63,297 bases of DNA, filler included, from Nemertoderma westbladi (GCA_032718475.1; 4 parts of 4 records of this genome joined end to end with filler, not necessarily neighbours in it), one strand, 5' to 3'. Shown: positions 13,880 through 25,820, counted from the first letter of the whole stretch. A program made the numbers and translations. Notes: generated by a model not told the origin, from the letters alone.

Positions 13880-14065
13880 CCTTGGTGTAGTGGTTGCATT
13901 GAATTCCAATCTATCTGGAGGTCGTGGGTTCGATCCCTGTATGTGTACCAAGGCAGTTTTCGATTCGGCACGAATGGTTTGAAGGGGCTAACCAGGGGGC
14001 ATCTATGCCTTGCATCCAAATGTTAGCTCTAACGGTCGAAGAAAACTTTATTTCTATACTTTTTT
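13880..14065 (+). mobile_element. tRNA-derived SINE candidate
   Basis: A box TGGTGTAGTGG (13883) and B box GGTTCGATCC (13927) at Pol III spacing; no full cloverleaf; T-rich tail. Confidence 0.55.
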
Positions 14066-14693
14066 GCAAGTGTTGAAAAGTATCTTATACTAATTGGTAA
14101 TAATGTTTAAAAAATATATAAATGTTGATAATAATTTAACAAACTAATTGCAACTATTAAACTAGATATGAACCTTGTAATTCCGGTAAAATTCCGGCTG
14201 GAATTGACCCCATTCCGGCCGGAACCGGAATCGGGCAAAAACCGCCGGAATTCCGGGACATCCCTACTTTCATATAATAGCCAGGTTTTTATGATTGGAG
14301 CTGTACATCATAATAAACTAGGTCCATTACAGGGTGGGTGACGCAAAAAACCAATTACTTTTCGAATTCGCGCAGATATTCTGAAAAATTAATACAACGT
14401 AACGTTGCAAAAAATGGTGTTCAATAACACCGAAAAATGCCGGTCATTTTAAGATATGAATTATTGGAAATGATTGAGGAAGACAAAAGTTAAGGCGTTT
14501 GATTAGTTTTGGCCATTTTAAGTGATTTTGACCCAGCATGCCAATAATAATAGTTAAATTTCCTAAATAATTTGAAATTTCTAAATTACTACTGGTATAC
14601 TATAACACATATGGATATGGTTTTATGGAAATACAGTAAAAATTGTTCTTTCGTCACATTTAGGAAATTACTAATAATTATTTTATCCAATAG

Positions 14694-14897
14694 AGGTAAT
14701 TTATTGGAACACCAACGGACTCACACTGGTGCTAAGCCTTTTGTATGCACCGCTGGTGCTTCCTGCTGCAAGCGTTTCGCCCAAGAATCGTCTCTGAAAC
14801 GACATATGCGGTGTCACGCTGGAGATAAACCTTTCTGTTGCTACCATTGCGGCTATGTTGCGTCACAGAAGTGCGACCTCGCCAAGCATATAGCCAG
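14694..14897 (+). CDS. C2H2 zinc-finger protein, coding exon 2
   Basis: Acceptor TTTTATCCAATAG|A. Splicing restores ...[24 protein letters not shown] in frame. Two more fingers follow, then donor CAG|GTTTGT. Confidence 0.88.
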
Positions 14898-15490
14898 GTT
14901 TGTTGTTGTGGTCTCAGTTGGCATGGCAATAACACGAAATTGTTAGGATACGATGAAGAGGGATACAGTGAATATATCATGTTACTTATTATACGTATAA
15001 TCGTAATATGATACTGGTATGTTAAGTACCGCTATAACACGTACTGACAACACTGCGGTAGACGTAACTATGACACACTAGTAGCATGAACGGTAGAATA
15101 GCGTGCTGCAAGCAAAGTTATTGTTCTGAAAAGGATTCCTAGTGTTAAGCGTTAACCATAAAGATGATTCTGACTCTTTAGTGTTTGTAACCTTTGAAAT
15201 AATGACAAAAACTATTTAAAATCAATTTACTTGAACTCTTTCTTAGTAAATCTTCACTCAGCATCATGTTGTGTCGGACCTTCGTCCTGGTGTTTCGGAC
15301 ATCCGACCCATTTGGACCTTCGTTCTATTGGGATCTTCGTCTGATTAGGACCATAGTCCTGGAACCAATATGTGGCTTCTTTGGTTTCTCTCACATAGGA
15401 CAGCCTGTAATTGTATTGTAGTATCGTATCTTTCAGTGAAGTATAAAATATATTTAAGGATTATGTATTTTAAAGTTAATTGTTTTCCAG

Positions 15491-15515
15491 AATGCATGCC
15501 GAAGTAGTGGAATAG
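15491..15515 (+). CDS. C2H2 zinc-finger protein, terminal coding exon 3
   Basis: Acceptor TGTTTTCCAG|A. The phase-2 join gives KHIARMHAEVVE*, which supplies the missing second His of the last finger. Confidence 0.75.
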
Positions 15516-16362
15516 GTAAATCAATCGACATACCTAGAAGTTTACGCGATAGTTATTCACCTGGTCATTAACTTGTGACACTCAGCCCCCGGGGACGTGC
15601 AATTACAATGGTGAGTTACACTGTTTACTTTTACAGTAAGTAACTTATAATGTCGTCTTAACCATTGATGTTTGATGTGTTTGTATGTGTGTGTGTATGT
15701 TTTAATTTGTATCTCATAACTGGGCCTCGTGCTGCGCGAAGGCCCCACGAACGTGTGTTTGTATGTGTGTCTATTTCTTGCTCATCTTGGTATGGCAGAG
15801 AGACAAGTCGTAAGTTGTGATGGACAACTTCATTCCCCCCAAAATCTCGAAACTTTCAACATCGCGGAAGCCATGGTGAATGACTTCAATCTGGGAAGAC
15901 TGTAAACGATAATAGGTTAGATTTTGTGTTTTTATGTAAGTTGTCACTAGGGCAGATTGCGGAAAAGAGACGAAGCAATGCGAGTTAAGAAATATTTGTA
16001 ACAGGTTCTAGGTTAACAAATAGAACGAATGGAACATTCAATTATATTTTTTGAGGTAAACGTGAACGTTAAATATTACATTAATAAACCTTAAGACGAT
16101 ACGACGAAAAATATTTAGTAGATAACAACATAATATGAAACACCTACAGAAGTAAATAGGGTACATAAGCATAATAACAACAACAATTAAATAAATAATT
16201 GTAAAATAATCTTACATGTTAATTTCAGTGTACCGGTACAACACAGGGATATTGAGTCACTGACTAACTGCAACTTCCTACTACTATTTATATATATTCT
16301 TCCTAATTTAATTGTTTGTGGACGAGAGGCGAGTCGTGGATGTCTTCTAGTGTTGGAACCCA

Positions 16363-18978
16363 TCACTGACCCATAGACCCAGGCCTAATCATAGTAACCA
16401 TAGGAACTTCGGAGTTGTGCGAACCTGCGGGACTAATAACCGGCGGGGAACTGGCCTCACCAGCGAAGGTGCCGGTGGCTGTGGTAACGATAGGGTCTAG
16501 TAAGGGAGGTTTGGTTAATAGTGTCGATGCAAGAACTGGCTCCTCCGCTGTGAGACTGGTGACCATCTCATGTGATGGTGTTCCTATAGCTTGTGGTGAA
16601 CCCAAGGGGTTATTGGGGTCCATAGCGAATTGTCCTCCAGGTTGCGTTGTAGCATAACTAGGTTGGGATAATGCGGGACCCCCTGATTGGGACAATATGA
16701 GACCCCCTGATTGGGACATATATGGTCTACCTGGTTGGGATAATATAGGACCTAATTGTTGGGACATATAAGGACCCCCTTCTTGTGGTATTATGGGACC
16801 ACCTGGCTGGGACAATATAGAACCTTCTTGAGACACAAATGGAACCCCTTGTTGGGACAATATCGTACCACCTTGGTGGGACATATAGGGTCCTCCTTGT
16901 TGTGATATTATGGGACCCCCTGGTTGGGACATTATTAGACCTCCTTGTTGGGACATATAAGGGGACAGTACGGGACCTTGTTGTTGTTGGGGCGTTATGG
17001 GACCTTGTTGGGACATTATGGGACCTTGCTGGGGCGTTATGGGACCTTGTTGGGGCATAATGGGACCTTGTTCGGGCATTACATGATCTCCTTGTTGGTA
17101 CAATGTGGGACCTGGTTGGAGCATTATACGACCTTTTTGGGACATAACAGGAACTTGGGACATAACAGGAACTTGTTGGGACATTATATGACCTTGCTGG
17201 GGCGTTATGGGACCTTGTTGGGACATTATGGGACCTTGTTGGGACATTATGGGACATTGTTGGGGCATTAAATGATCTCCTTGTTGGTACATTGTGGGAC
17301 CTGGTTGGGGCATTATAGGACCTTTTTGGGACATAACAGGAACTTGTTGGGACATTATATGACCTTGCTGGGACGTTATGGGACCTTGTTGGGACATTAT
17401 GGGACCTTGTTGGGTCATTATGGGACCTCGTTGGGACATAACAGGAACTTGTTTGGACATTATGGGTTCTCCAGTTTGGGACATTATAGGAACACCTTGC
17501 TGGGACATAAACTGACCTCTTTGTTGGGACATTAGAGGGCGTTGTTGGGACATCATGGGGCCTTGTTGGTGTATAATGGGACTTCCGTGATGGGACATTG
17601 GGGGACCTCCTGGATGGGACATTAAAGGACCTCCTGGTATGGAATTCGTTTGACCTAATAGTTGGGACCTATTTTGACCTGGACCACCGGTACCAGAATC
17701 AGACTTTATTGGGCTGCCACGGTAGCCAGATTCGCCACCAGATGGGCCACCATATTCCAAAGTTCTCAAACTACTGGGATATGATGTCCTTGGTACAGTA
17801 GGGGCTGGTAATATATTAGTAGCAATAGGTTGGGATACATATTTACCGCCAGGTTGGGATATTGATGGGGTGAAGTGCTGAGATGTATCAGTTCCACCAC
17901 TTTGGAACATCGCAGTAGAAGAACCAGAGTCAGTTATAATTTCACCTAAGTGAGACACTGGGACCTGGCCATGAGCATGGGATGTCATTGGGACTTTGGG
18001 TTGGATAATCATTGGACCACCGGATTGGGACAGCGTTGTATCTCTAGAACAGTCTGTAACAACCGGCGGTGCTGCTGTCACCACAGGAACTACATTAATT
18101 CGCTCCCCGGCGTTGTCGCAATCTCCCAGTCCAACCTTCACCGCGGACAGCGGCATGGTCCCGTCCTTAGCGAAGCGTGCCATTGCCTCGGCGTATGGCT
18201 GCAGTTTAGCCATCTTTGCAATCTGCCCGTCGATATCAGCGCACCGCTGGGAGAACTTGCGCTTCTTACTCTCGTATCCCTCCTCTAGATGGGAGAGTTC
18301 GTCCTCGAGTTTCCGTTGGTGTACGAGGAGCGATTGAACCTGGCGACGTAGTACCGCCATCCGGGAAGTCGTTACGATCGACTGGCAGTCAGGAACGCAA
18401 GAATCGTTAAAGATCTCGGCGATTAGTCGATGGTTGCGGGCGTAGCGGGCTGCCGCGAGGTGTTTAACCGAGAATCCATCGTCGTAGGAATCCTCGTCCT
18501 CTTCTGCTGAGGGTTGTATCGACATTCTCGCTTCCTGCGCGAGCTCTCGTTCGTACGGCGTCGCTCCCGCCCCCGCTAAAGCGGCGTCAGCGCGCCCCTT
18601 CTGCGCTATATAACTCTGGTACGCCGCGCTGTTGTGGTAGGCTTTTAGGCACTCGAGATATTCGCATTTATCTCGCTCGTATTCGTCGACGAACCGAGAT
18701 TTCTCGTTCTCTCCGAGGTCTCGCCACATCCCCCCAATAACCTTCCCGATCTCCCACAGCTTCAACTCCGGGTTCTCCGATTTCACTTGTTCCCAGACTA
18801 GTCGACTGAACCGCATGTACGGCATCAGGGGTTTCTCAGGGGGTTTCGGTGGTTTGTGAACCTTCGCAGCGCCCGGGTTCCCTCGTGCGGAACCCGTTGT
18901 CGATACGCTGAGACTACTGCCCGGGAGCAAACCGCTAGTGGTGCGGCTTAAACTGCCGCCTGCCGTTCCTCTGGACAT
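16363..18978 (-). CDS. SMARCE1: SWI/SNF subunit SMARCE1/BAF57 (BAP111) homolog, ~871 aa, single coding exon, long Q/P/G/M-rich C-terminus
   Basis: HMG box PKPPEKPLMPYMRFSRLVWEQVK...LKLWEIGKVIGGMWRDL; DDGFSVKH...ARYARNHRLIAEIF (NHRLI motif); coiled coil RMAVLRRQVQSLLVHQRKLEDEL. First ATG at 18978. Confidence 0.93.
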   Translation of the reverse strand: MSRGTAGGSLSRTTSGLLPGSSLSVSTTGSARGNPGAAKVHKPPKPPEKPLMPYMRFSRLVWEQVKSENPELKLWEIGKVIGGMWRDLGENEKSRFVDEYERDKCEYLECLKAYHNSAAYQSYIAQKGRADAALAGAGATPYERELAQEARMSIQPSAEEDEDSYDDGFSVKHLAAARYARNHRLIAEIFNDSCVPDCQSIVTTSRMAVLRRQVQSLLVHQRKLEDELSHLEEGYESKKRKFSQRCADIDGQIAKMAKLQPYAEAMARFAKDGTMPLSAVKVGLGDCDNAGERINVVPVVTAAPPVVTDCSRDTTLSQSGGPMIIQPKVPMTSHAHGQVPVSHLGEIITDSGSSTAMFQSGGTDTSQHFTPSISQPGGKYVSQPIATNILPAPTVPRTSYPSSLRTLEYGGPSGGESGYRGSPIKSDSGTGGPGQNRSQLLGQTNSIPGGPLMSHPGGPPMSHHGSPIIHQQGPMMSQQRPLMSQQRGQFMSQQGVPIMSQTGEPIMSKQVPVMSQRGPIMTQQGPIMSQQGPITSQQGHIMSQQVPVMSQKGPIMPQPGPTMYQQGDHLMPQQCPIMSQQGPIMSQQGPITPQQGHIMSQQVPVMSQVPVMSQKGRIMLQPGPTLYQQGDHVMPEQGPIMPQQGPITPQQGPIMSQQGPITPQQQQGPVLSPYMSQQGGLIMSQPGGPIISQQGGPYMSHQGGTILSQQGVPFVSQEGSILSQPGGPIIPQEGGPYMSQQLGPILSQPGRPYMSQSGGLILSQSGGPALSQPSYATTQPGGQFAMDPNNPLGSPQAIGTPSHEMVTSLTAEEPVLASTLLTKPPLLDPIVTTATGTFAGEASSPPVISPAGSHNSEVPMVTMIRPGSMGQ
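16690..17640 (-). repeat. Coding 21/24-bp minisatellite encoding (QQGPIMS)-like repeats in SMARCE1
   Basis: Recurrent GGGACATTATGGGACCTTGTT on the + strand; roughly 40 degenerate units, all in frame. Confidence 0.9.
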
Positions 18979-20944
18979 ACCGGTACCGGTAGCGAAATAC
19001 AGAAATAACAAACAGAACTAAGTGTCGTCTTTTAGTAGGTTGGTTCTGCGGTTGACGCTACCGCTACCGGTGCGGTGACCTGCTACCGGCAGGTAACTGT
19101 TAATAATCAGACAAAAGAAGAACGATCCAATTGATTCCAATTTTTTTCATAGCTGTTGGCCGTAGCCTGTTGGTTGTCCAGGCTGCCGGTTGCAGAGTGC
19201 AGATTAAATATGTTTAATGTTTAAATTGTAAATATCTGGTGCATACTGATGTGCTCAATTGAAGGCGGATTATATCAGTACCGTACTGGTAGGCATATTG
19301 TTTCAGTATGGAATAATACTTTGCCGAGCGGTGATGTCAGAATGAGACAAGGATAACTATTCCGTATAGGAGCCTTCGCACAGCCTGTGACATAAACTTC
19401 GTTAAGTTTTAAGTACAAAATAGGTCATAGATCTACTTACACGAACCAAACTACAAGACAAACCAACCAGGACTGAACTCCTTTGGACTCAAAAATTCAA
19501 ACTGAAAATATTTGATGACTCATCGTTCTCTTATTCACCTCCAATAGTCTCCATGTTCAAACTAGAACCGCCACCGTTCTGACAAATTTTCGGAGCCTTC
19601 TACAAACCGAGCTCTTTAATAGGGCTTTCCAAATTTAAGCTACATTTTCGTCCAAATTTTAAGAATTTACAGCGCTTTATACTGTTATAGAACCGATACG
19701 TGGGAAAAACACGCTATAAGTGCATGATTTATTATTATTATTATTTAAACCTGATAAAATTATAAACAAAATATAAGCAGATGTCCTCTAATGACTTTTA
19801 CCCCTAGCGTCAGACCGGGTGGGTGGGGTGAGTACAAAACAAAGACACAAAGACTCAGACCTGTACAAACACATGTGTTAACTCTCGTTTATTGTTTTGG
19901 TTCCCCCAACAGGCCTCTGTAACCTGTTCCTTTACTAAAACTGCTCCTTTATATGGTAATTGTACCTAACGCTGTTTGGGACCTGACCTAACGCTCTGTG
20001 GGATTTAACGCGACTTTACCTCTTTGTTTATGTTTTTTACAGAGGGTCTTTGTTGTTTGTTTACTACTGTTTTGTTTTGAATATATGTGCCAGGTATCAA
20101 TTAGGAAGACAAGATTATAAACAATAATATGAAATAGCTGAAGTTTTTCATTTCAGAAATTTCTAACATGTTTTCATTCCAGCTCACTTGCGATAGACTG
20201 GAGTAGTGCAGATGGATTTGCATTCCCCATGATGCAGCCTATGTACTGTACGACTGTACATGTATATGCACGTTTATCTGCCAACTTTCAGGTTGAACGG
20301 ATAACAAATAACGGAATCTGATGGTTTCACTTTCAGACATTTCGCCCTTTATCGTGAGACTGGAGACTTATAGGCGGGTTAGCCTTCTTTTAAATATACG
20401 GCTAATTGTATAGGTCATCTAAAATCGCTAAACATATCTGCTAAGTTTCAACTTGAATCTTGAAAGGATTAAAAGCAAAGAAGTGGGAGGATATTTAATT
20501 TTTAGCTTTGTTGCTTTCTAGCGGCAGACTATTGATTGACTAATGGTGCCTGAGAATCTCTTAAAAATCTCAACTTTTGGTCCTACAAATTTTCAACTTC
20601 ACTGCTTTAAATCCGACAAATTTACTAGCACGTCAAAATCATAACGACGACAACAAAAAATTGCCCACTCCCCTAACAGTGTCAGTTCGCAAAGTCAGCC
20701 AACGGCCAAGAGCCAACTTTGCGGCTCGCCCCAAATGGAGGCAATATAGAGTATTGTAGGTGACGGACTCAAGAACTTGGATTTCTCCCCGCGTTGCTCG
20801 GTGATCAAACTGGAGATGCATATTCCACCAAGCACGGTGGACGAACGAGCGACTTATATAGGATAATGAAGTTAGTTGTATTGAGGTGGTTAAAACGTTT
20901 GTTATATTATGTCAACTTAACAGCGTTCTGGTGAATTACTCGTA

Positions 20945-21455
20945 ACGCTGCAAAGTAGTACTTTGCAGCGTTGCGGCCTATAGGACGGAACGCTGCAAAG
21001 TAATCAATCACATAGAATCAACTACAGTATTCCAGAATGTATTATTTCCATTTATATTAATGCATGCTGCTTTATTATCCAGTTTGCAGTGACGGGACTA
21101 GCTACTGTATGTAAATAATAATTATTTAACGTGTAAAAAAACAACAATAAACTTGAATTAGATATAAATGTATAATTAATACTGTGTAGTGTACCTGTTA
21201 ATAAATTTAACTTATGTTCGATATAGTTATAGTACATGATTAAAATGTATAAATGAGTATCCATAAAATCCTTTCTTTCACATACCGAACGCTGATAAGT
21301 TGACATAATGTAACAAAATTGCATACATCATTGCTTGCAAAGGTCACTTTCCAGCGTTAAAGACCCTTGTTTATTTATGTAAACCTCCCTCGCTGCGCTC
21401 GCTCGGTACATAAATAAACTCGGGTCATAACGCTGCGAAGTGCTACTTTGCACCA
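20945..21455. mobile_element. Palindrome-bounded non-autonomous element, possibly Crypton-type
   Basis: Palindrome AACGCTGCAAAGTAGTACTTTGCAGCGTT at 20944; related GCGAAGTGCTACTTTGC at 21436; hairpin around CTCGCTGCGCTCG (TTTATTTATGTA...TACATAAATAAA). Family call is from memory of similar elements. Confidence 0.35.
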
Positions 21456-21893
21456 GGACTCTTTGTTTTCTTCACTATAGTTTCAATAAGCAGTGGGGAG
21501 AGTTATTGAGTTTCACGCCCAAGACTTTATCCGTCTCCGTTTACCATTGCCTGTGATCCAAGAGTGTACGTATTTCTGTGATTAGTTGTCATATTTTTCT
21601 CAGATGTGGGGTTGGGGACTTCCGATGAAATCAAAATTCATCGCTCTCCACGTAAAATCGTCGCAAATAACAGCTGATTGCTCCCAATTGTAAAACTTGA
21701 CCTCTTCTATTAATTGTCTTTAGCTTTTTGTTTTAGTTAGAATAACATACCACTGTAACCTGATAATTGAATAAAGCCATGATACTGGGACTTATAGATA
21801 ATAATAGATAGAAATAAGAAATAATAGATAACTTAATATAAAAAATTTGATAAAATAATCTAGTAAAATAAAAAAAAAATGCTGAAGAGAAGG

Positions 21894-24497
21894 CGGGAGG
21901 TTAATCGGGAGAGCTAGTGGCCCACTGGTTGAGGCTCCGGGATGTTAATCGGGAGAGCTAGTGGCCCACTGGTTGAGGCTCCGGGAGGTTAATCGGGAGA
22001 GCTAGTGGCCCACTGGTTGAGGCTCCGGGATGTTAATCGGGAGAGCTAGTGGCCCACTGGTTGAGGCTCCGGGAGGTTAATCGGGAGAGCTAGTGGCCCA
22101 CTGGTTGAGGCTCCGGGGGGTTAATCGGGAGAGCTAGTGGCCCACTGGTTGAGGCTCCGGGGGGTTAATCGGGAGAGCTAGTGGCCCACTGGTTGAGGCT
22201 CCGGGAGGTTAATCGGGAGAGCTAGTGGCCCACTGGTTGAGGCTCCGGGATGTTAATCGGGAGAGCTAGTGGCCCACTGGTTGAGGCTCCGGGGGGTTAA
22301 TCGGGAGAGCTAGTGGCCCACTGGTTGAGGCTCCGGGGGGTTAATCGGGAGAGCTAGTGGCCCACTGGTTGAGGCTCCGGGGGGTTAATCGGGAGAGCTA
22401 GTGGCCCACTGGTTGAGGCTCCGGGATGTTAATCGGGAGAGCTAGTGGCCCACTGGTTGAGGCTCCGGGGGGTTAATCGGGAGAGCTAGTGGCCCACTGG
22501 TTGAGGCTCCGGGAGGTTAATCGGGAGAGCTAGTGGCCCACTGGTTGAGGCTCCGGGAGGTTAATCGGGAGAGCTAGTGGCCCACTGGTTGATGCTCCGG
22601 GAGGTTAATCGGGAGAGCTAGTGGCCCACTGGTTGAGGCTCCGGGAGTTTAATCGGGAGAGCTAGTGGCCCACTGGTTGAGGCTCCGGGAGTTTAATCGG
22701 GAGAGCTAGTGGCCCACTGGTTGAGGCTCCGGGATGTTAATCGGGAGAGCTAGTGGCCCACTGGTTGAGGCTCCGGGAGGTTAATCGGGAGAGCTCGTGG
22801 CCCACTGGTTGAGGCTCCGGGGGGTTAATCGGGAGAGCTAGTGGCCCACTGGTTGAGGCTCCGGGGGGTTAATCGGGAGAGCTAGTGGCCCACTGGTTGA
22901 GGCTCCGGGGGGTTAATGGGGAGAGCTAGTGGCCCACTGGTTGAGGCTCCGGGAGGTTAATCGGGAGAGCTAGTGGCCCACTGGTTGAGGCTCCGGGAGG
23001 TTAATCGGGAGAGCTAGTGGCCCACTGGTTGAGGCTCCGGGAGGTTAATCGGGAGAGCTAGTGGCCCACTGGTTGAGGCTCCGGGAGGTTAATCGGGAGA
23101 GCTAGTGGCCCACTGGTTGAGGCTCCGGGATGTTAATCGGGAGAGCTAGTGGCCCACTGGTTGAGGCTCCGGGAGGTTAATCGGGAGAGCTAGTGGCCCA
23201 CTGGTTGAGGCTCCGGGATGTTAATCGGGAGAGCTAGTGGCCCACTGGTTGAGGCTCCGGGAGGTTAATCGGGAGAGCTAGTGGCCCACTGGTTGAGGCT
23301 CCGGGGGGTTAATCGGGAGAGCTAGTGGCCCACTGGTTGAGGCTCCGGGGGGTTAATCGGGAGAGCTAGTGGCCCACTGGTTGAGGCTCCGGGGGGTTAA
23401 TTTGGAGAGCTAGTGGCCCACTGGTTGAGGCTCCGGGAGGTTAATCGGGAGAGCTAGTGGCCCACTGGTTGAGGCTCCGGGAGGTTAATCGGGAGAGCTA
23501 GTGGCCCACTGGTTGAGGCTCCGGGAGGTTAATTTGGAGAGCTAGTGGCCCACTGGTTGAGGCTCCGGGAGGTTAATCGGGAGAGCTAGTGGCCCACTGG
23601 TTGAGGCTCCGGGGGGTTAATCGGGAGAGCTAGTGGCCCACTGGTTGAGGCTCCGGGATGTTAATCGGGAGAGCTAGTGGCCCACTGGTTGAGGCTCCGG
23701 GAGGTTAATCGGGAGAGCTAGTGGCCCACTGGTTGAGGCTCCGGGATGTTAATCGGGAGAGCTAGTGGCCCACTGGTTGAGGCTCCGGGAGGTTAATCGG
23801 GAGAGCTAGTGGCCCACTGGTTGAGGCTCCGGGGGGTTAATCGGGAGAGCTAGTGGCCCACTGGTTGAGGCTCCGGGGGGTTAATCGGGAGAGCTAGTGG
23901 CCCACTGGTTGAGGCTCCGGGGGGTTAATTTGGAGAGCTAGTGGCCCACTGGTTGAGGCTCCGGGAGGTTAATCGGGAGAGCTAGTGGCCCACTGGTTGA
24001 GGCTCCGGGAGGTTAATCGGGAGAGCTAGTGGCCCACTGGTTGAGGCTCCGGGAGGTTAATTTGGAGAGCTAGTGGCCCACTGGTTGAGGCTCCGGGAGG
24101 TTAATCGGGAGAGCTAGTGGCCCACTGGTTGAGGCTCCGGGGGGTTAATCGGGAGAGCTAGTGGCCCACTGGTTGAGGCTCCGGGAGGTTAATCGGGAGA
24201 GCTAGTGGCCCACTGGTTGAGGCTCCGGGATGTTAATCGGGAGAGCTAGTGGCCCACTGGTTGAGGCTCCGGGGGGTTAATCGGGAGAGCTAGTGGCCCA
24301 CTGGTTGAGGCTCCGGGAGGTTAATCGGGAGAGCTAGTGGCCCACTGGTTGAGGCTCCGGGATGTTAATCGGGAGAGCTAGTGGCCCACTGGTTGAGGCT
24401 CCGGGAGGTTAATCGGGAGAGCTAGTGGCCCACTGGTTGAGGCTCCGGGAGGTTAATCGGGAAAGCTAGTGGCCCACTGGTTGAGGCTCCGGGAGTT
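21894..24497 (+). repeat. 44-bp minisatellite, ~59 copies
   Basis: Unit GGTTAATCGGGAGAGCTAGTGGCCCACTGGTTGAGGCTCCGGGA; variation is largely confined to GGGAGG/GGGATG/GGGGGG and AATCGG/AATTTG. Confidence 0.97.
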
Positions 24498-25569
24498 CAT
24501 CCTGCAAGTTAAAAGGTGGCACGTGTGAGCGTGTCCATCGCAGAACTTGCAGAGACAGTCCGTAGAGTTAGGGTGGAAGTCCTTCGTCCTTACCTTCTGA
24601 TGATTCAAGAATGATCGAAAATAAGAGAGAGAAATCTCTATAGTTCGACCATGAATTTGGATTGTATGTAGTTCTGTTAGTTATATGCTATGCAGAAATT
24701 TTTAAACACCCGCTTAGATATATAATCATATGATATCGCTCACCATAGCGAAAAATATAAACTAACTGGGGCTCGATCACGGTACCTAGGAGTCAATGTT
24801 ACGTTTCATATGTTACGTTAAAACTGTAAACATTCTGCACTGTGCGAGCGGTGATTCTTCAACAACAACCATCCCTCTCGTTAATAATTAATTAATAGAT
24901 CTTGTTCGTCGTAAAATTTACTTTTTATTTAAGACTTATAATCTTTCACTTTAGATCATCCTCCTCTTTCTACAAAGTATCGATGTGTACCGATCGATGT
25001 GTGTTGTGAGTTCTTCCTTGAAATCATCATTTTTGATTCATCGTTGTATTCATATGACTTTGTAAATAAAACTAAATTATTTCGTCATTGATAGATTCCA
25101 TTCGATGGGGAATGTCGGTGTAATGGTACGATACGAGAGCCTCTCGGCGGCGGCACTACGATAAACCTGGAATGCAATAAATCCCTGTTACTTTAGGGAT
25201 AGATAGTGAATTCGGTTAGTGGATGGTTTCTGAGTGCAGAGTGCCTTTGGCAATCAATGCCAGTCCTTGTTCAACTATCTATCTCTCCATCCAGCTAATG
25301 GGATTGCTGCGTGCTACCGGTCCTGTGACTGATATACTGTAGTTGATTTGCGAGCTTTTGTCTTTCCATATTTTTGATGTTATATCACCAGAATGAAACA
25401 TAAATAATTACTCTTGTTTATATTTGAATATTTGTTGAACTCGTTATTGAATATATGTTATTTTTTTGGTTTTCACTTACAAGAATGCTACGCCAGGTTC
25501 ATTGTGTCAAGTACAATGCACACATCACCAACCAGACATCATATAGCATTGGAGGGTGTATCATTGGTT

Positions 25570-25820
25570 CCTCCAAACTTGACACTTCAACAAAGCCGCC
25601 TCCACTTTGCAGGACATTGCTTTCGCCGTGAGGACCAGCCTGTGCATAATCTTGTACTTTGGCGTGAATGAAGTGAATGGAGTTATGGAGTGAATAAGCA
25701 TGGTGGACAGCCCATGACTTTCTTGAGACGCCTCTTAAAGGACACTGGCCTTGAAGATGCGGGGATAATCACGCGAAAGTCATGGGGAATAGGGAGTTGT
25801 GGCGGCGCAATTTTATCGAT
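25570..25820 (+). mobile_element. RTE-like LINE C-terminal remnant
   Basis: LQQSRLHFAGHCFRREDQPVHNLVLW and RRLLKDTGL resemble the C-terminus of RTE-type ORFs. Confidence 0.6.

Larger units (their letters stand above)
10051..14266. mobile_element. Non-autonomous hAT element (12-bp TIR, 8-bp TSD) carrying nested insertions
   Basis: TIRs TAGGGATGTCCC (10051) and GGGACATCCCTA (14255..14266); perfect 8-bp TSD CTTTCATA at 10043..10050 and 14267..14274; subterminal ATTCCGGCCGGAACCGGAAT repeats at both ends. Confidence 0.9.

Noticed and set aside
14572-14946. Stand-alone 124-aa zinc-finger gene
   Set aside because: Better explained as exon 2 of the upstream ZNF gene; the ORF ends are intronic.
16415-18410. 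Overlapping alternative-frame ORFs within SMARCE1
   Set aside because: Shadow ORFs of a GC-rich, repetitive coding region.
8100-19720. Inverted similarity between ~8115..8285 and ~19540..19705 as ends of a large composite transposon around ZNF/SMARCE1
   Set aside because: The copies are diverged and no TSD is seen; more simply two dispersed repeat fragments.
21894-24497. CRISPR array interpretation of the 44-, 53-, 42- and 34-bp arrays
   Set aside because: Units are head-to-tail with no unique spacers, no cas genes are present, and the context is eukaryotic.
24595-24650. CTGATGA...CGAAA hammerhead-like motif
   Set aside because: Stem II is weak and no convincing stems I/III or cleavage triplet could be formed.
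25130-25320. HDV-like ribozyme (GCTAATGGGATT pairing with AATCCC)
   Set aside because: P1, P3 and P1.1 could not be built.
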